The notes under the pieces were generated by a model, which did no database searches, was not told the DNA's origin, and saw nothing but the letters and a program-made list of their open reading frames with translations. A program made the translations under genes and the position numbers. From assembly GCA_031278315.1 (NCBI GenBank), contig JAITKS010000177.1, positions 1-49,055 on the forward strand: 49,055 nucleotides of DNA, in the 5' to 3' direction. Positions 35,082-45,197 of this stretch are shown one piece after another (within the stretch, counting starts at the first letter, position 1; every line of letters starts with the position of its first letter). The DNA comes from Planctomycetaceae bacterium. GTDB taxonomy: Bacteria; Planctomycetota; Planctomycetia; Pirellulales; Thermoguttaceae.

Positions 35082-36326
35082 ATGAGTATTATCAGAAAAA
35101 TTTATGATACGCTTTGTGAACATTACGATGCTCAACCGGTATCGAAAAGCTGGTTGAATAATCCGATAGAAGTTATAGTCGGAGCTATACTTGTGCAAGG
35201 TTCAACATGGCGGGTTGTGTCTAAAATATTGAATTTATTGCGGGACCGTTCTTTGTTGACATTTCATGCAATTGCTGAAATAAATGAATCGGCATTATCT
35301 GATTTAATTAGTTCGGCAGGCTCCCGTATGAAAAAGGCAAAACGTCTGAAAGATATTGCTCAACTTTTTTTGAATAATGGTAACGGAAACATCAATACAT
35401 TTTTCGCCCGCGATATAGATCAAGTACGCCGCGAGTTACTAAAAGTAAATGGGATAAGTCCGGGTACAGTTGACAATATTATTCTTTATGCCGGAAAGTT
35501 GCCGATTTACGTTGTTGACCCGTGTACAGCACGAATATTTTTACGGCACGAAATCGTTCCCGCCTCCGCAAGTGATGCGGATATTCAACAACTAATTCAT
35601 TTCGAGTTGATCCCAGATGACGAACCATACGGCGCAAAATTGTTTAGTGAATTTCAAACGCTAATGGTAAAAATTGGACAAATGTTTTGTACAATTCCAA
35701 TACCGGATTGTTCACGATGTCCGCTTGCAGTTTTGTTACCGATAACAGGTGCAAGAAACGTAAATATTCAAGGTGAAAGAACAATTCAAAGTGTTTCTGT
35801 AATACTTGCAAACAAGCTGAAATTAAAATCGAATCGACCAAAAATTCACGAGTTGACTTCAGTTCAATTGCAGCCTCTAATTTCTGTAACGAAAAAACAA
35901 CAATCAGACATAAAGAAATCAAAATCTCAATCTCAACCACAATCTCAATCTCAACCCAAAATAATATCTAAAAACTCAAATGCAAATGTCTATACAAACG
36001 CAAACACAAGCTCAAGCTCAAGCACAAACAACGCAGCAGAGATAAAGTCAAACTCATATAAAACCGCTGCCGATATTTCGGATATTGATATTTCTCAAAC
36101 AGCTCCAAAACTAGATCAAACAAATCAAAAACCTGACATAATGCTAAACTTAAACGATATGGAAAAACGTATCGTTGAACAAATCGGATGTGAACCCGTA
36201 CAAATTGATTTACTCGTAGAATCAACCAAATTGCCGATTCATATCATTCGGGCAACAATTGCAATTCTGGAAATGAGAAAAATATTGCGCCAAGTTGAAG
36301 GAAACAGAGTCGAGAGAATCGGATAA
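35082..36326 (+). CDS. Endonuclease III-related (HhH-GPD) protein with low-complexity linker and C-terminal winged-helix-like tail
   Basis: Blocks IEVIVGAILVQGSTW, GISPGTVDNIILYAG, VVDPCTARIF and a Cys cluster (CTIPIPDCSRCP), as in COG2231-type EndoIII-related proteins. Linker aa ~225-345 is rich in S/Q/N/K. Tail aa ~350-414 resembles the DprA C-terminal WH (LEMRKILRQVEGNRVERI). Confidence 0.68.
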   Translation: MSIIRKIYDTLCEHYDAQPVSKSWLNNPIEVIVGAILVQGSTWRVVSKILNLLRDRSLLTFHAIAEINESALSDLISSAGSRMKKAKRLKDIAQLFLNNGNGNINTFFARDIDQVRRELLKVNGISPGTVDNIILYAGKLPIYVVDPCTARIFLRHEIVPASASDADIQQLIHFELIPDDEPYGAKLFSEFQTLMVKIGQMFCTIPIPDCSRCPLAVLLPITGARNVNIQGERTIQSVSVILANKLKLKSNRPKIHELTSVQLQPLISVTKKQQSDIKKSKSQSQPQSQSQPKIISKNSNANVYTNANTSSSSSTNNAAEIKSNSYKTAADISDIDISQTAPKLDQTNQKPDIMLNLNDMEKRIVEQIGCEPVQIDLLVESTKLPIHIIRATIAILEMRKILRQVEGNRVERIG

Positions 36327-36371
36327 CGGTATTAGAAATTATATTCGGTTGTGTTTCAAATTAAGCAGGTT

Positions 36372-36568
36372 TGTAAATATATCAGTGGAATATTTATTTT
36401 TTCATAATATATACGTGAAATTTTTCAATAATAAGGTAATAAGGTTTTGTTGTTTTGGGGATTCATTACTAATAAGGTTGTTTTGTTCAGAAAAATAAAA
36501 TTAAAAATAAGGTTAGTAGTAAAATTTATAACCACAAAAAATTGAAAAAAATCTGCTGCGGTATTATT
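36372..36568 (-). mobile_element. Family-A related element with duplicated left terminus
   Basis: TGTAAATATATCAGTGGAAT (36372-36391), then CATAATATATACGTGAAAT (36403-36421). The interior matches the reverse complement of 30626-30708. Degenerate right end ATCTGCTGCGGTATTATT (to 36568) abuts the stop of the VWA gene. Confidence 0.5.
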
Positions 36569-36571
36569 TTT

Positions 36572-37597
36572 TTATCGGCGGCAGCCTTCTCGATATGCGA
36601 ATACAAATAACAAAAGAATTGCTATGATAAGAAAAACTTGAAATTGTTTGTGATATTTCTTTTGTTGCTCGATCTGAAATTCACCTTTTGATAAATTTGC
36701 AATATTTTGTGAATAAATTTGACCGAGATCGAATAATTTAGTTCCAGCCGGAACGTAAGTACCATTTGTGATTTCAGCAATTTCCCGCAACGTTTTATCA
36801 TCTACTTTTGACCATATTTCTTGACCATTATATTTTAGAAAAGTCAAATTACCTTTTTCGTCTCTTATTGGGATTCTGCCTCCGTCGATATTATCGCCTA
36901 GACCTACGGCAATAATTTTTACATTTTTTGCAGCTGCATCTTTTGCGGCTTCGATTGGCATCGATTCGTGGTCTTCACCGTCAGTGATAAGGACAATCGC
37001 CTGATCTCTTTCGGCGTCAGGCGGCATTGCGAGTAAAGCGCGTCGAATAGCGTCGCCGATAGCAGTACCTCCGCTTGGTGCCGATGCGGTAGATATTTCA
37101 TTGAGAACTTCATTGTAGAATCCTCGATCTGTAGTCAACGGAACTTTGATAATTGGTTTTCCTGCGAATGCCAACAAACCAATACGATCACCAGTAACAT
37201 TATCGAGCAAGTCGCGAATTGCAGATTTAGCACGTTCTAATCTGTTTGGGGTAATGTCTTCGGCTAACATTGATTTTGACGTATCAAGTAACACGAAAAC
37301 GTCGCAGCCTTTACGGGACACGTCTTCGTAATATTCGCCAAACATCGGACATGCCGCCGCAATCACTATAAAAATTAGCGCAACAGAAAAACAAATACAG
37401 CTAATTACAAATTGTCCATTGTTAGAATCAGGCATCAAACGTTTGAACATCGTATCATCGACAAACCGCAAACAGGCACGTCGCCGCCGAGAATACGAAT
37501 AATAAAACAAAACAGCAACAAACGGCAATAGCCAAAGAAACAATAAATAAAAATGTTGTTCAAACATATTATCTTTAGGAATAAAAAATCGTTTCAA
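36572..37597 (-). CDS. BatA/BatB-like von Willebrand factor A domain membrane protein
   Basis: N-terminal TM helices, MIDAS DTSKS, VWA core (ITDGEDH), C-terminal TM helix. Confidence 0.75.
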   Translation of the reverse strand: MKRFFIPKDNMFEQHFYLLFLWLLPFVAVLFYYSYSRRRRACLRFVDDTMFKRLMPDSNNGQFVISCICFSVALIFIVIAAACPMFGEYYEDVSRKGCDVFVLLDTSKSMLAEDITPNRLERAKSAIRDLLDNVTGDRIGLLAFAGKPIIKVPLTTDRGFYNEVLNEISTASAPSGGTAIGDAIRRALLAMPPDAERDQAIVLITDGEDHESMPIEAAKDAAAKNVKIIAVGLGDNIDGGRIPIRDEKGNLTFLKYNGQEIWSKVDDKTLREIAEITNGTYVPAGTKLFDLGQIYSQNIANLSKGEFQIEQQKKYHKQFQVFLIIAILLLFVFAYREGCRR

Positions 37598-37750
37598 GTT
37601 AAGTACAAATATTATAAACGCTATAAATAATATCTGCTATTTCTAAAAAAATTAATAAATCAACAAAGATACACAATTATCTAAAAATATGAAAAGTATA
37701 TTATTAACCAAAACAGAATTTGTAACAAGCTGGATATATTTTTCACACTT

Positions 37751-38020
37751 TGTAATATATCAGTAGAATAATTTATTGTTATTGGTAACGCGGTCGTCTC
37801 GACCGCATTTTTAGGTGTTTTTTTTGACAGGATTACAGGATTGACAGGATTTTTAAATAATAAATTAAAAGAATCAAAACTTGAAACCATCAATTAGTTG
37901 TTAATGATTCGAACTTATAATCCGTGATAATTTCCGCATGCGAACTAACCACTAACCACTAACCACTAACCACTATCCTGTTTATCCTGTCAAAAAAAAA
38001 TATTCCACTGATATATTACA
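37751..38020 (+). mobile_element. MITE-like element, family A, ~270-bp modular subtype
   Basis: TGTAATATATCAGTAGAAT (37751-37769) and ATTCCACTGATATATTACA (38002-38020). Internal modules: GCGGTCGTCTCGACCGC hairpin, CAGGATT repeats, (CTAACCA)x4, CCTGTTTATCCTGTCAAAAAAAA. Confidence 0.8.
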
Positions 38021-38045
38021 AAGTCTGAAGAATATATTTTGTTGT

Positions 38046-38951
38046 TTATTTGTGTTCAAATCCGATTGGTTTTAAGGTGTTTGTTGTTCCGTCTGGGTTG
38101 ACTATTATCATTTCATGATTATCAGTGAATTTACCTATTGGAAATAATTTTGTTCCGAAACGATTTAGGAGAGGTTGTGTTTCTATAATTTTTTTTGTTT
38201 CTTCTTGCGGTATTGCCAAAATCAACTCGAAATCTTCACCGTCTGCTAATGCGTGATTTATTGGCGGTCGTCCTGAAGTTTTTGAACAAATTATTGCATC
38301 TTGTGAAATTGGAATCAATTCAGAGTAGAGAGTTGCACCTAGTTTACTTTCGTTTGCAATTCGATGGAGATCGATTGCCAATCCGTCGCTAATATCGATT
38401 GCTGCATGTATCGAATAATTTTCATTTAGGTAAATTGCTTCAAAAATTCGCGGTTCGAATAGGAATTGGTGTTTTAAAATACTTCCTCCGAGTTCGCCGG
38501 TAGTAAATATTGTATCTCCAGATTTTGCGCCGGATCGTTTAAATACACCTTTTGGTAATATTGAACCGATAACGGTAATTGACACGACTAAACCATTATT
38601 CCAACAATTTGTATCTCCGCCGATAATTTTGACATTGTATTTTTCTAGTAGCGGTTTCATGCCGGAATATAATTTTTTTGCTAGTGATAAATTTTTATTT
38701 GAATTATTGTGCGGCAAAGAAATCGCAATGAGAGCGGCTTCGGGAACTGCGCCCATTGCAGCGATATCGCTTAAATTTACGGCAAGAGATTTTCGTCCGA
38801 TTAATTCCGGGTCAGTTTCAGACAGTATAAAATCTATACCTTCGGTCAGCATATCGACAGTAAATATTTTCCCGTCGAATTCTACTGCATCGTCTCCCAG
38901 CAATTCCATTCCTGATTCTGTTCTCAACCATTTTATTAGTTCTAATTCCAT
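38046..38951 (-). CDS. thiL: Thiamine-monophosphate kinase
   Basis: AIR-synthase-like fold with LGDDAVEF, VDMLTEGIDF, AIDISDGL blocks; 301 aa. Confidence 0.8.
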   Translation of the reverse strand: MELELIKWLRTESGMELLGDDAVEFDGKIFTVDMLTEGIDFILSETDPELIGRKSLAVNLSDIAAMGAVPEAALIAISLPHNNSNKNLSLAKKLYSGMKPLLEKYNVKIIGGDTNCWNNGLVVSITVIGSILPKGVFKRSGAKSGDTIFTTGELGGSILKHQFLFEPRIFEAIYLNENYSIHAAIDISDGLAIDLHRIANESKLGATLYSELIPISQDAIICSKTSGRPPINHALADGEDFELILAIPQEETKKIIETQPLLNRFGTKLFPIGKFTDNHEMIIVNPDGTTNTLKPIGFEHK

Positions 38952-39265
38952 TGTATTTAATAAAAACTGTACTTTCTAAAATTTAAACTTAATTTCTTGT
39001 AATATATCAGTGGAATTTTTGCTGTCATCGTTATATATAGTAATTTTTCCGGATTAATCAAACCAGCTCTGAAAGGGCGATTGGAATAATAGTGATTAGT
39101 GATTCGAACTTAAAGCCGGTTAAAAACTGAAACAAGTTGATATTTGTGTTTATTTATACGGCGAATTTTCAGCAGAGAGCTTTTCAATTTTGGTTTTACA
39201 AAATATTATTCTTCTCTGTTTTCTCGGCGGTTAATAAAAAAAATCTGAAATTTCGACGATGCAAG

Positions 39266-40633
39266 TTAGAACCGCCAGACTTGTGTTGTAACAGAAAAAG
39301 AATTTCCGTTTTGTTGGGATACTAATTCAACGAAAAATGCGATATGTCCGGTTGCCGGTTTTTTTACTGTAATAATGTCGTTTTCTACTGGTGTGTCTTT
39401 CCATTTTGCTGATTGGAAATTTTTTGAATCAGACACGGCAGTCCAAAGAATTTTTTTCGGTTCGGGAATTTCAGTTTCAATATCGATTTGATATTGTGAA
39501 TCTTTTTCGGTCAAAGTCCAGTCGAATTTAGGCAAATCTCCGCCGGATGCAATTTGTTGAGTAAATACTGATGCCGAATCAATTAATTTGAGAAAACTTT
39601 TTCCTTTATCAAGTTCGTGTTTTTCATTAGGCAATGTCAAAAGATAATTGTATCCTTGCATATCGTTCCAGTAATAATCTGTTGCGTTAACGGGCCAATA
39701 CGGATCATTAGAACCGTGAATAAGTAATTTGGGAACTGTAACACGGGAAAGATAAGTATAAGGATCGATCATGTTCAAAATTTGCATTTTAAATGGCGGA
39801 GGAATTTCATTTTTTTTGAAAAGACCTCGATCAGTGTAGTCATGGATTTGCGGACTGAAATCGCCCCATGTTTCAATATGTCCTTCGAATTGTTTTAGCA
39901 AGTTGAGATTATTGTACACGATAGGAATGAGAGCAGAAATTCGCGGGTCTTTTGAAGCTCCTGCTAACCATGTTGTCCAACCTCGTTTTGATGCTCCGCC
40001 GACTATAAAGTGTTCAATATCGTACTTAAATTCTTGTTTGATGAATTGTTGAGCGGTATCCATTGCACGGATTACACTTTTTGTCATTGGCAGCAGCAGA
40101 ACCCAAGTCGGGTCTTTTGTTTCGAGAGTTTTTAGCAATGTTTCTCCAATCAATGCGTCTTCACGAAAACCGGTACCTTTATTGTTGGGATCGAGTGGTT
40201 GGTTCGGAACCTGAAACAAAATAACAACAGGCATGGATGTTTTAGCAGCGAGCAGTTGTGCCATTATGATATCTATTTTATCGGGTTCTTTACCGGTTGT
40301 TCCTCCGCCGATATAAAGCAATGCGAAATCTGTGAAAGTAATGTTTTCAGGTAGAATTACAAGAACATGATGTTTCCATGAAATACCATGCCATGTTTGC
40401 GAGGTCATTTCGAGCATTGTTGATTTTTTAGTGATTTTTTTAACTATTTTCCATTGGTAGGAATTATCTTTTTGTTGCAAATATTTATCAAATTCTGTTG
40501 AAGGCGGCAAAGTCTGTGCCGGTACAAAATTAGAGAACAGCGTTAAAACGCCGAATATTCCGCAAAATATAGTAACTGATAAAATCGTTTTTGATCTTAA
40601 TGAGTTACTGCGTAAATTTTTCAACATAAACAT
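39266..40633 (-). CDS. PhoPQ-activated pathogenicity-related (PqaA-like) secreted protein
   Basis: Signal peptide/anchor and the GGASKRGWTTW block. Size ~455 aa. The family assignment is from memory of PF10142-type proteins and has not been searched. Confidence 0.55.
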   Translation of the reverse strand: MFMLKNLRSNSLRSKTILSVTIFCGIFGVLTLFSNFVPAQTLPPSTEFDKYLQQKDNSYQWKIVKKITKKSTMLEMTSQTWHGISWKHHVLVILPENITFTDFALLYIGGGTTGKEPDKIDIIMAQLLAAKTSMPVVILFQVPNQPLDPNNKGTGFREDALIGETLLKTLETKDPTWVLLLPMTKSVIRAMDTAQQFIKQEFKYDIEHFIVGGASKRGWTTWLAGASKDPRISALIPIVYNNLNLLKQFEGHIETWGDFSPQIHDYTDRGLFKKNEIPPPFKMQILNMIDPYTYLSRVTVPKLLIHGSNDPYWPVNATDYYWNDMQGYNYLLTLPNEKHELDKGKSFLKLIDSASVFTQQIASGGDLPKFDWTLTEKDSQYQIDIETEIPEPKKILWTAVSDSKNFQSAKWKDTPVENDIITVKKPATGHIAFFVELVSQQNGNSFSVTTQVWRF

Positions 40634-40733
40634 AAAAATCTCCTTTGTGTAAAGAAATTAAAAAACTAGTCATTAGTAATTACTAGTCATTAGTAATTGT
40701 TTAATCTAGTATAGTAATAGTATTGAATCTGAA

Positions 40734-40762
40734 AGTACTATGATATATTTTCGCTATAACGC
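40734..40762 (-). repeat. Degenerate family-B box
   Basis: AGTACTATGATATATTTTCGCTATAACGC resembles GTACTATGAATTTCGGCGATACAAAG. Weak match. Confidence 0.3.
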
Positions 40763-41077
40763 AATAGCAAAGTTTATGAAACTTTTTTTGACATCGAGGA
40801 TTTACGAGGATTTATTAGTAGGAAAAAATTTATTCTTTCTTTCTTTCAAAAAAACTTTTTTTCGTTTTGTAAAAAGCGGCACATAATGGAAAATTTGTTT
40901 TTATGAAAGTGCGTTAATATTATTCTGGATTTTTTTAGAATACGAGTCAACGAAGTAACAAACTAAACGAAAAAAAATCTAACAAAAATTTTTTTGTTTA
41001 GTTTGGTTCGTATCCTAAAAAAATCTAGTTGAGATATTACGATTTCCTGCGATTGTTTCTGTTAGTGTTGAGCTGAT

Positions 41078-41263
41078 TTAACGTACCTCAAGATACGTCA
41101 ATACGCTGAATACTCCAATAGTTATCGAACCAATAATGAATCCGATATTAACCAGAATACCTCCGTCCCGTGTAAACGGTATTCCGATAATTAAATTCAA
41201 AAGAAAAAGCAGGAATACTATACTCGATATAGCAAGCGAAATTATACAAAGAACCTTCGGCAT
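41078..41263 (-). CDS. Possible 61-aa two-helix membrane peptide
   Basis: ORF encodes two hydrophobic helices. No SD and no homology evidence, so it may be spurious. Confidence 0.3.
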   Translation of the reverse strand: MPKVLCIISLAISSIVFLLFLLNLIIGIPFTRDGGILVNIGFIIGSITIGVFSVLTYLEVR

Positions 41264-41424
41264 ACCTTTGATGTTTGGGCTAAAATTAAACGATTAAAAG
41301 TTATGTTATTAATTCAATACGTATAAAAAACGTCATGTCAATTTGTTTATAATTGATGACAAAAATTTTCAACGCTTAAATAATTCGATAACTCACTAAC
41401 TAAACAATAACAGACAATCACTTC

Positions 41425-41469
41425 AATTGTGATACACGTTAATTGTGATACACATCAATTGTGATATTG
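41425..41469. repeat. 16-bp tandem repeat x3 (AATTGTGATACAC)
   Basis: AATTGTGATACAC at 41425 and 41441, and AATTGTGATATTG at 41457. Directly left of family-B copy 41484-41596. Confidence 0.6.
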
Positions 41470-41483
41470 TCTCCTAACAATTA

Positions 41484-41596
41484 TTTAAACATTCCGTAAT
41501 TTAAATTTCGGTTCGAGCTGTTTGATTACCTGTCTAATTGGAAAGCAGGCTTTTACACTTTTGAATCGCCGAAAATTATAATACGATATGTATAAT
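41484..41596 (+). repeat. Family-B box element copy
   Basis: TTTAAACATTCCGTAATTTAAATTTCGGTTCGAGCTG ... AATTGGAAAGCAGGCTTTTAC ... TCGCCGAAAATTATAATACGATATGTATAAT (box 41567-41596). Confidence 0.65.
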
Positions 41597-41598
41597 TT

Positions 41599-42126
41599 TT
41601 ATTTTTCGTTGGCAGCTGCTTTTTTTGTTGTGTTTGAATTGCTGCGGTTAAATTGTATATCCGGAGCGTTTCCAAGTTGAGTTAAAACTTGCAGCAGCGT
41701 ATTTATCTGTACAAATTTCATTCCGAATCTGTCAACGAATTCATTGAGGCAATATTCGCTTTCCAGCATCGATTCAAAATTAGAATCAATCTGTTCAGTA
41801 ATTGTTGACAATAAATCGGTCTGTACGCGTTCTAATTTTGTTGCTGCTTTACGGCAAAATTCAGATAATTCAGGATTTGATCGTTTCCACAAAGCCAATT
41901 CTAATGCTTTACGCCGTTGATTTCGACTTGTTTGTGTGATCAATTCTTCTAAAAGTTCGTTTTGTCTGTCTTGAGTAGCGAGTATTTCCCGCATTAAAAT
42001 ACATAATTCAGAAAGCGATTCATGTATTTGACCTGCTTTCCGAAATGATTGCGAATCTTGTTGTGTATTCGTATGTACTATATCAATTTGAGATACGAAA
42101 TGCGGCTCGTTAAAAGAATTAGGCAT
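41599..42126 (-). CDS. Hypothetical helical protein (175 aa)
   Basis: Uninterrupted ORF with non-repetitive, helix-prone sequence. No recognisable motif. Confidence 0.55.
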   Translation of the reverse strand: MPNSFNEPHFVSQIDIVHTNTQQDSQSFRKAGQIHESLSELCILMREILATQDRQNELLEELITQTSRNQRRKALELALWKRSNPELSEFCRKAATKLERVQTDLLSTITEQIDSNFESMLESEYCLNEFVDRFGMKFVQINTLLQVLTQLGNAPDIQFNRSNSNTTKKAAANEK

Positions 42127-42887
42127 TTGTTAAAAAATTATTAAAGGGGTGAAAGGAATCGTAAAAAAATAAGGATCGTTTTGATAATACCGTTTTGTGA
42201 GTGTGTATTTAATTTCGTGAATATGTTTAGGTCTTTTATGTATTATTTTTTGTAATTATTCGGTAATAAATTATTCAGTAATTGTTCTTTCAAGGCTGAT
42301 AATGAATAATAACGAATAAATACGTTTATTGGTGTGATTGGTTGAATTGTTTTTATTTTTATATTTGAAAAAAAAGAATTTTACTATCAATTTGTTTGAT
42401 TTTAATCAACTCAAAATTTAACTTAGTACGTCTGTGATGTTGTTTTCTGTTATTGATTATTTGATTCTTTGCGGCGTTTACTGAACTGTTATAAAAATTT
42501 TCTTGACAATAAAATTTCTGTGCGGATAGTAAACCATCTTTTGACAAAAAAGTCGAGTCCCCCCTCGCAAGATATTACGAAAAAAATTTTTTTGTGAGCT
42601 GTTATTCCAAAACATTGTTATAAATTACCCAGTAATAAAAATCAAAAAATTCTATTTGATATACTTGATCATACTTTGAAAATACATCATGAAAGTTGAA
42701 ACGATTTGTAATTTAATTGTTTGTAATATATCAATGAAATAATTTATCTTCGAGTCAAAAAATTGTCAACGAATTTGTTCTGTAGGTGCAATTGTCTTAC
42801 GTATGATTTTCCCTTTCAGGGCGAGTTTAATTTAAAACTAAAATTAAAACTAAAACTAAAACTGAAATTCAAAGTGTGAAAAGTATA

Positions 42888-44828
42888 TTATTGTGACGGC
42901 GGTTGTTTATTATTTGATATTTTCTGTAAAATTGTTTTCAAGGTTATTTGGATCATTTGTTTTTCTAGCGGATTTCTACCTAAAGTATTAGCGGTATCGA
43001 TGAGTTGTTTTTCTATATTTTCGCGATTGTTGTTGATTTCTTGCGTAATTTTTTCTAAATCATTTTGTAGAAAATTTGTCATCATGTTTATGATGTAGTT
43101 ATTTTGTGTATCGATTTCGTGATGGATTTTGTTTTTTATTATTTCCCATTCTTGTAGTAAGATTATTTCTAATTGTTTTGCGATATTGTCGGTGAAATTA
43201 CTTTTGAAAGAGTAAACCGGATTCGACGGATCACCGTTGACATGAATTTCTGCTGTAAAGTTATGAATAGAATTTAGAATTTTTAGTATTTCTTTTTCGT
43301 ATTTTAGCGGCGGTTGATTTGTTGGTCTGATTAAAGTGAAATTGACATTATTTTGTATGAGACGCAGGTATCCATTGATATTTGTTTTATTGATATTTAT
43401 TTCAACGTCGAGTGCGGAGTTACCGGGTGATATTTTAATTGCGAAATTATTTTGGTTTCCGACTATTCGTTCTGGTAATTTATATATTGGGCAGCGGATT
43501 ATTAATTGATCTTCTGTTTCGGTTCCGGTGCGATTGATATTTAATGTAACGTAAATGTTTGGCAGGATATTAGGGTCGAGTATTGCTGGAATTTGTGTTG
43601 ATGCAACTTCGTGTAAGCCGGGTTGAGTTGGTGTTGGTGCTATTCCGCTTCCGGAAAAGCATATTTTGATTTGTAGAGGAGCAATTGCAAGACGCATCGG
43701 AGCAGCGATATTGGAAGCCTCGCAATTAAAGTAAACGGGCAATGACGCAAGATTAATTGCGCCGGTCATTTTCAATTTATCGATAAAAATATCGGGGCGG
43801 GTTTCAAGGTTAGCAAAGTGAATTTTTTCGCCTTTGAATTTATCGGACGATTTAAAACCGAATTGTTGATAAAATTGTAATGAATTACATTCTATTGCGA
43901 TTGATTCGGTTATTAAATCGATCCATTTTGGCCAAGTTAGAAGTTTGTGCCATTTTTTATAGATTTCGTCTCCGATTAAGATTTCGAAAATGCCTGTTGA
44001 GTTGGTTGGGGTGTAGAGTGTGAGTTGTGATAATTTTTTTTTATCGTTTGATATTGCTTCGGAGAATTGTTTGTAATCGGATTGAAGTGTTTTTTTAAGG
44101 TTATTTAAGTCGGAGTAGAGTGTTTCTATTATGACGTATGTATTATTTATATCTGTTTCTAATTCTTTCAAGCTGGAGATTGTGTTTTTATCTTTTTGAA
44201 TTTTTGTTATTTTATTTGACAAATTTTGAAATGCCGTATGGATAAGTTGGAGTTGAGTGTTATAGGCAGTTAAAGATTTGTTTTGCCATCGTGATTTCAA
44301 GTTCTTGGCGAGATTAAATGTTTCGAGTTGATATAAATTTTCAGAGATAATTTTTTCGGGCGAGCCTTCGAGCAGGTCGATTAAGCCGAGTTGTTTAGCT
44401 CTGTTCATAAATTTTATCAGGTCTTTATTGTTATTGATAATTTTTTCGTAAATTGGTGCAGGGATAATTGACTCGGCATTAGATTTTTTTAATGTTATTT
44501 GAGCACCGTCGATATTGATTTCGGGCAGATGAATATATCTTTGGCTGAGATCTTTAGGGTTTCCGTTGATAGAAATTTTATCAATTTGTAGTAAAGTATT
44601 TTGGGGAGAGTTTGAGTTAGTATCGTGCAAGTTGAATTTTTCTATAATGAATTTGCTGCCGTATAAGTTAGACTGTACTGAATCAATTGAGATTTTACAT
44701 CCCGTTTGTTGTTTGAGTATCGATTGTAATTGTAGGCGGATTATTGTATCTCGCAGCCAGAAGGCGATAAAAAACAAAAGCAGTATAATTAACAATCGTT
44801 TAATAAATATTGACCAACGATTAAACAT
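42888..44828 (-). CDS. Hypothetical N-terminally anchored envelope protein (646 aa)
   Basis: N-terminal TM (LLIILLLFFIAFWL), then a long Asn/Ile/Lys-rich region with coiled-coil stretches. Only a vague resemblance to AsmA/TamB-type N-termini. Confidence 0.6.
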   Translation of the reverse strand: MFNRWSIFIKRLLIILLLFFIAFWLRDTIIRLQLQSILKQQTGCKISIDSVQSNLYGSKFIIEKFNLHDTNSNSPQNTLLQIDKISINGNPKDLSQRYIHLPEINIDGAQITLKKSNAESIIPAPIYEKIINNNKDLIKFMNRAKQLGLIDLLEGSPEKIISENLYQLETFNLAKNLKSRWQNKSLTAYNTQLQLIHTAFQNLSNKITKIQKDKNTISSLKELETDINNTYVIIETLYSDLNNLKKTLQSDYKQFSEAISNDKKKLSQLTLYTPTNSTGIFEILIGDEIYKKWHKLLTWPKWIDLITESIAIECNSLQFYQQFGFKSSDKFKGEKIHFANLETRPDIFIDKLKMTGAINLASLPVYFNCEASNIAAPMRLAIAPLQIKICFSGSGIAPTPTQPGLHEVASTQIPAILDPNILPNIYVTLNINRTGTETEDQLIIRCPIYKLPERIVGNQNNFAIKISPGNSALDVEININKTNINGYLRLIQNNVNFTLIRPTNQPPLKYEKEILKILNSIHNFTAEIHVNGDPSNPVYSFKSNFTDNIAKQLEIILLQEWEIIKNKIHHEIDTQNNYIINMMTNFLQNDLEKITQEINNNRENIEKQLIDTANTLGRNPLEKQMIQITLKTILQKISNNKQPPSQ

Positions 44829-45197
44829 AATTTTTTAGTTATTCAGTAGTATTTTTATAAAAAAACTTGGTAATTTATCTGGTGATTTAATTGACTTAAA
44901 TCTTGAGTGAATTTCTAAAAACATAAAAACATAAAAACATAATGTAAAAATTTATTGTTAGGAGGAACGCGGTCGTCTCGACTGCATATTTAGGCGTTTT
45001 GTGTCAAAAAAATTGCGGACAAAAAAAATTGCGGGCGGGACGTTTGCGTTCCTTTTATTTATTAGTTTTTAGAAGTTATCTTGAATTTTAAAAATCTTAG
45101 ATTCTGTGTTTAACTATATTCTTCTATTCTTCATGTTTTTAAAAATTCATTTTTTGTTACGAAAAATAAAAGTGAAATTTAGTGTATGAAAGGTAAA

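Noticed and set aside
37890-37960. tRNA-like T-loop words (GTTCGAATC / TTCGAACT) inside the ~275-bp MITE, also at 18560, 19970 and 39095
   Set aside because: The flanking bases do not form a T-stem, and no acceptor, D or anticodon arms can be drawn. The word belongs to a repeated MITE module.
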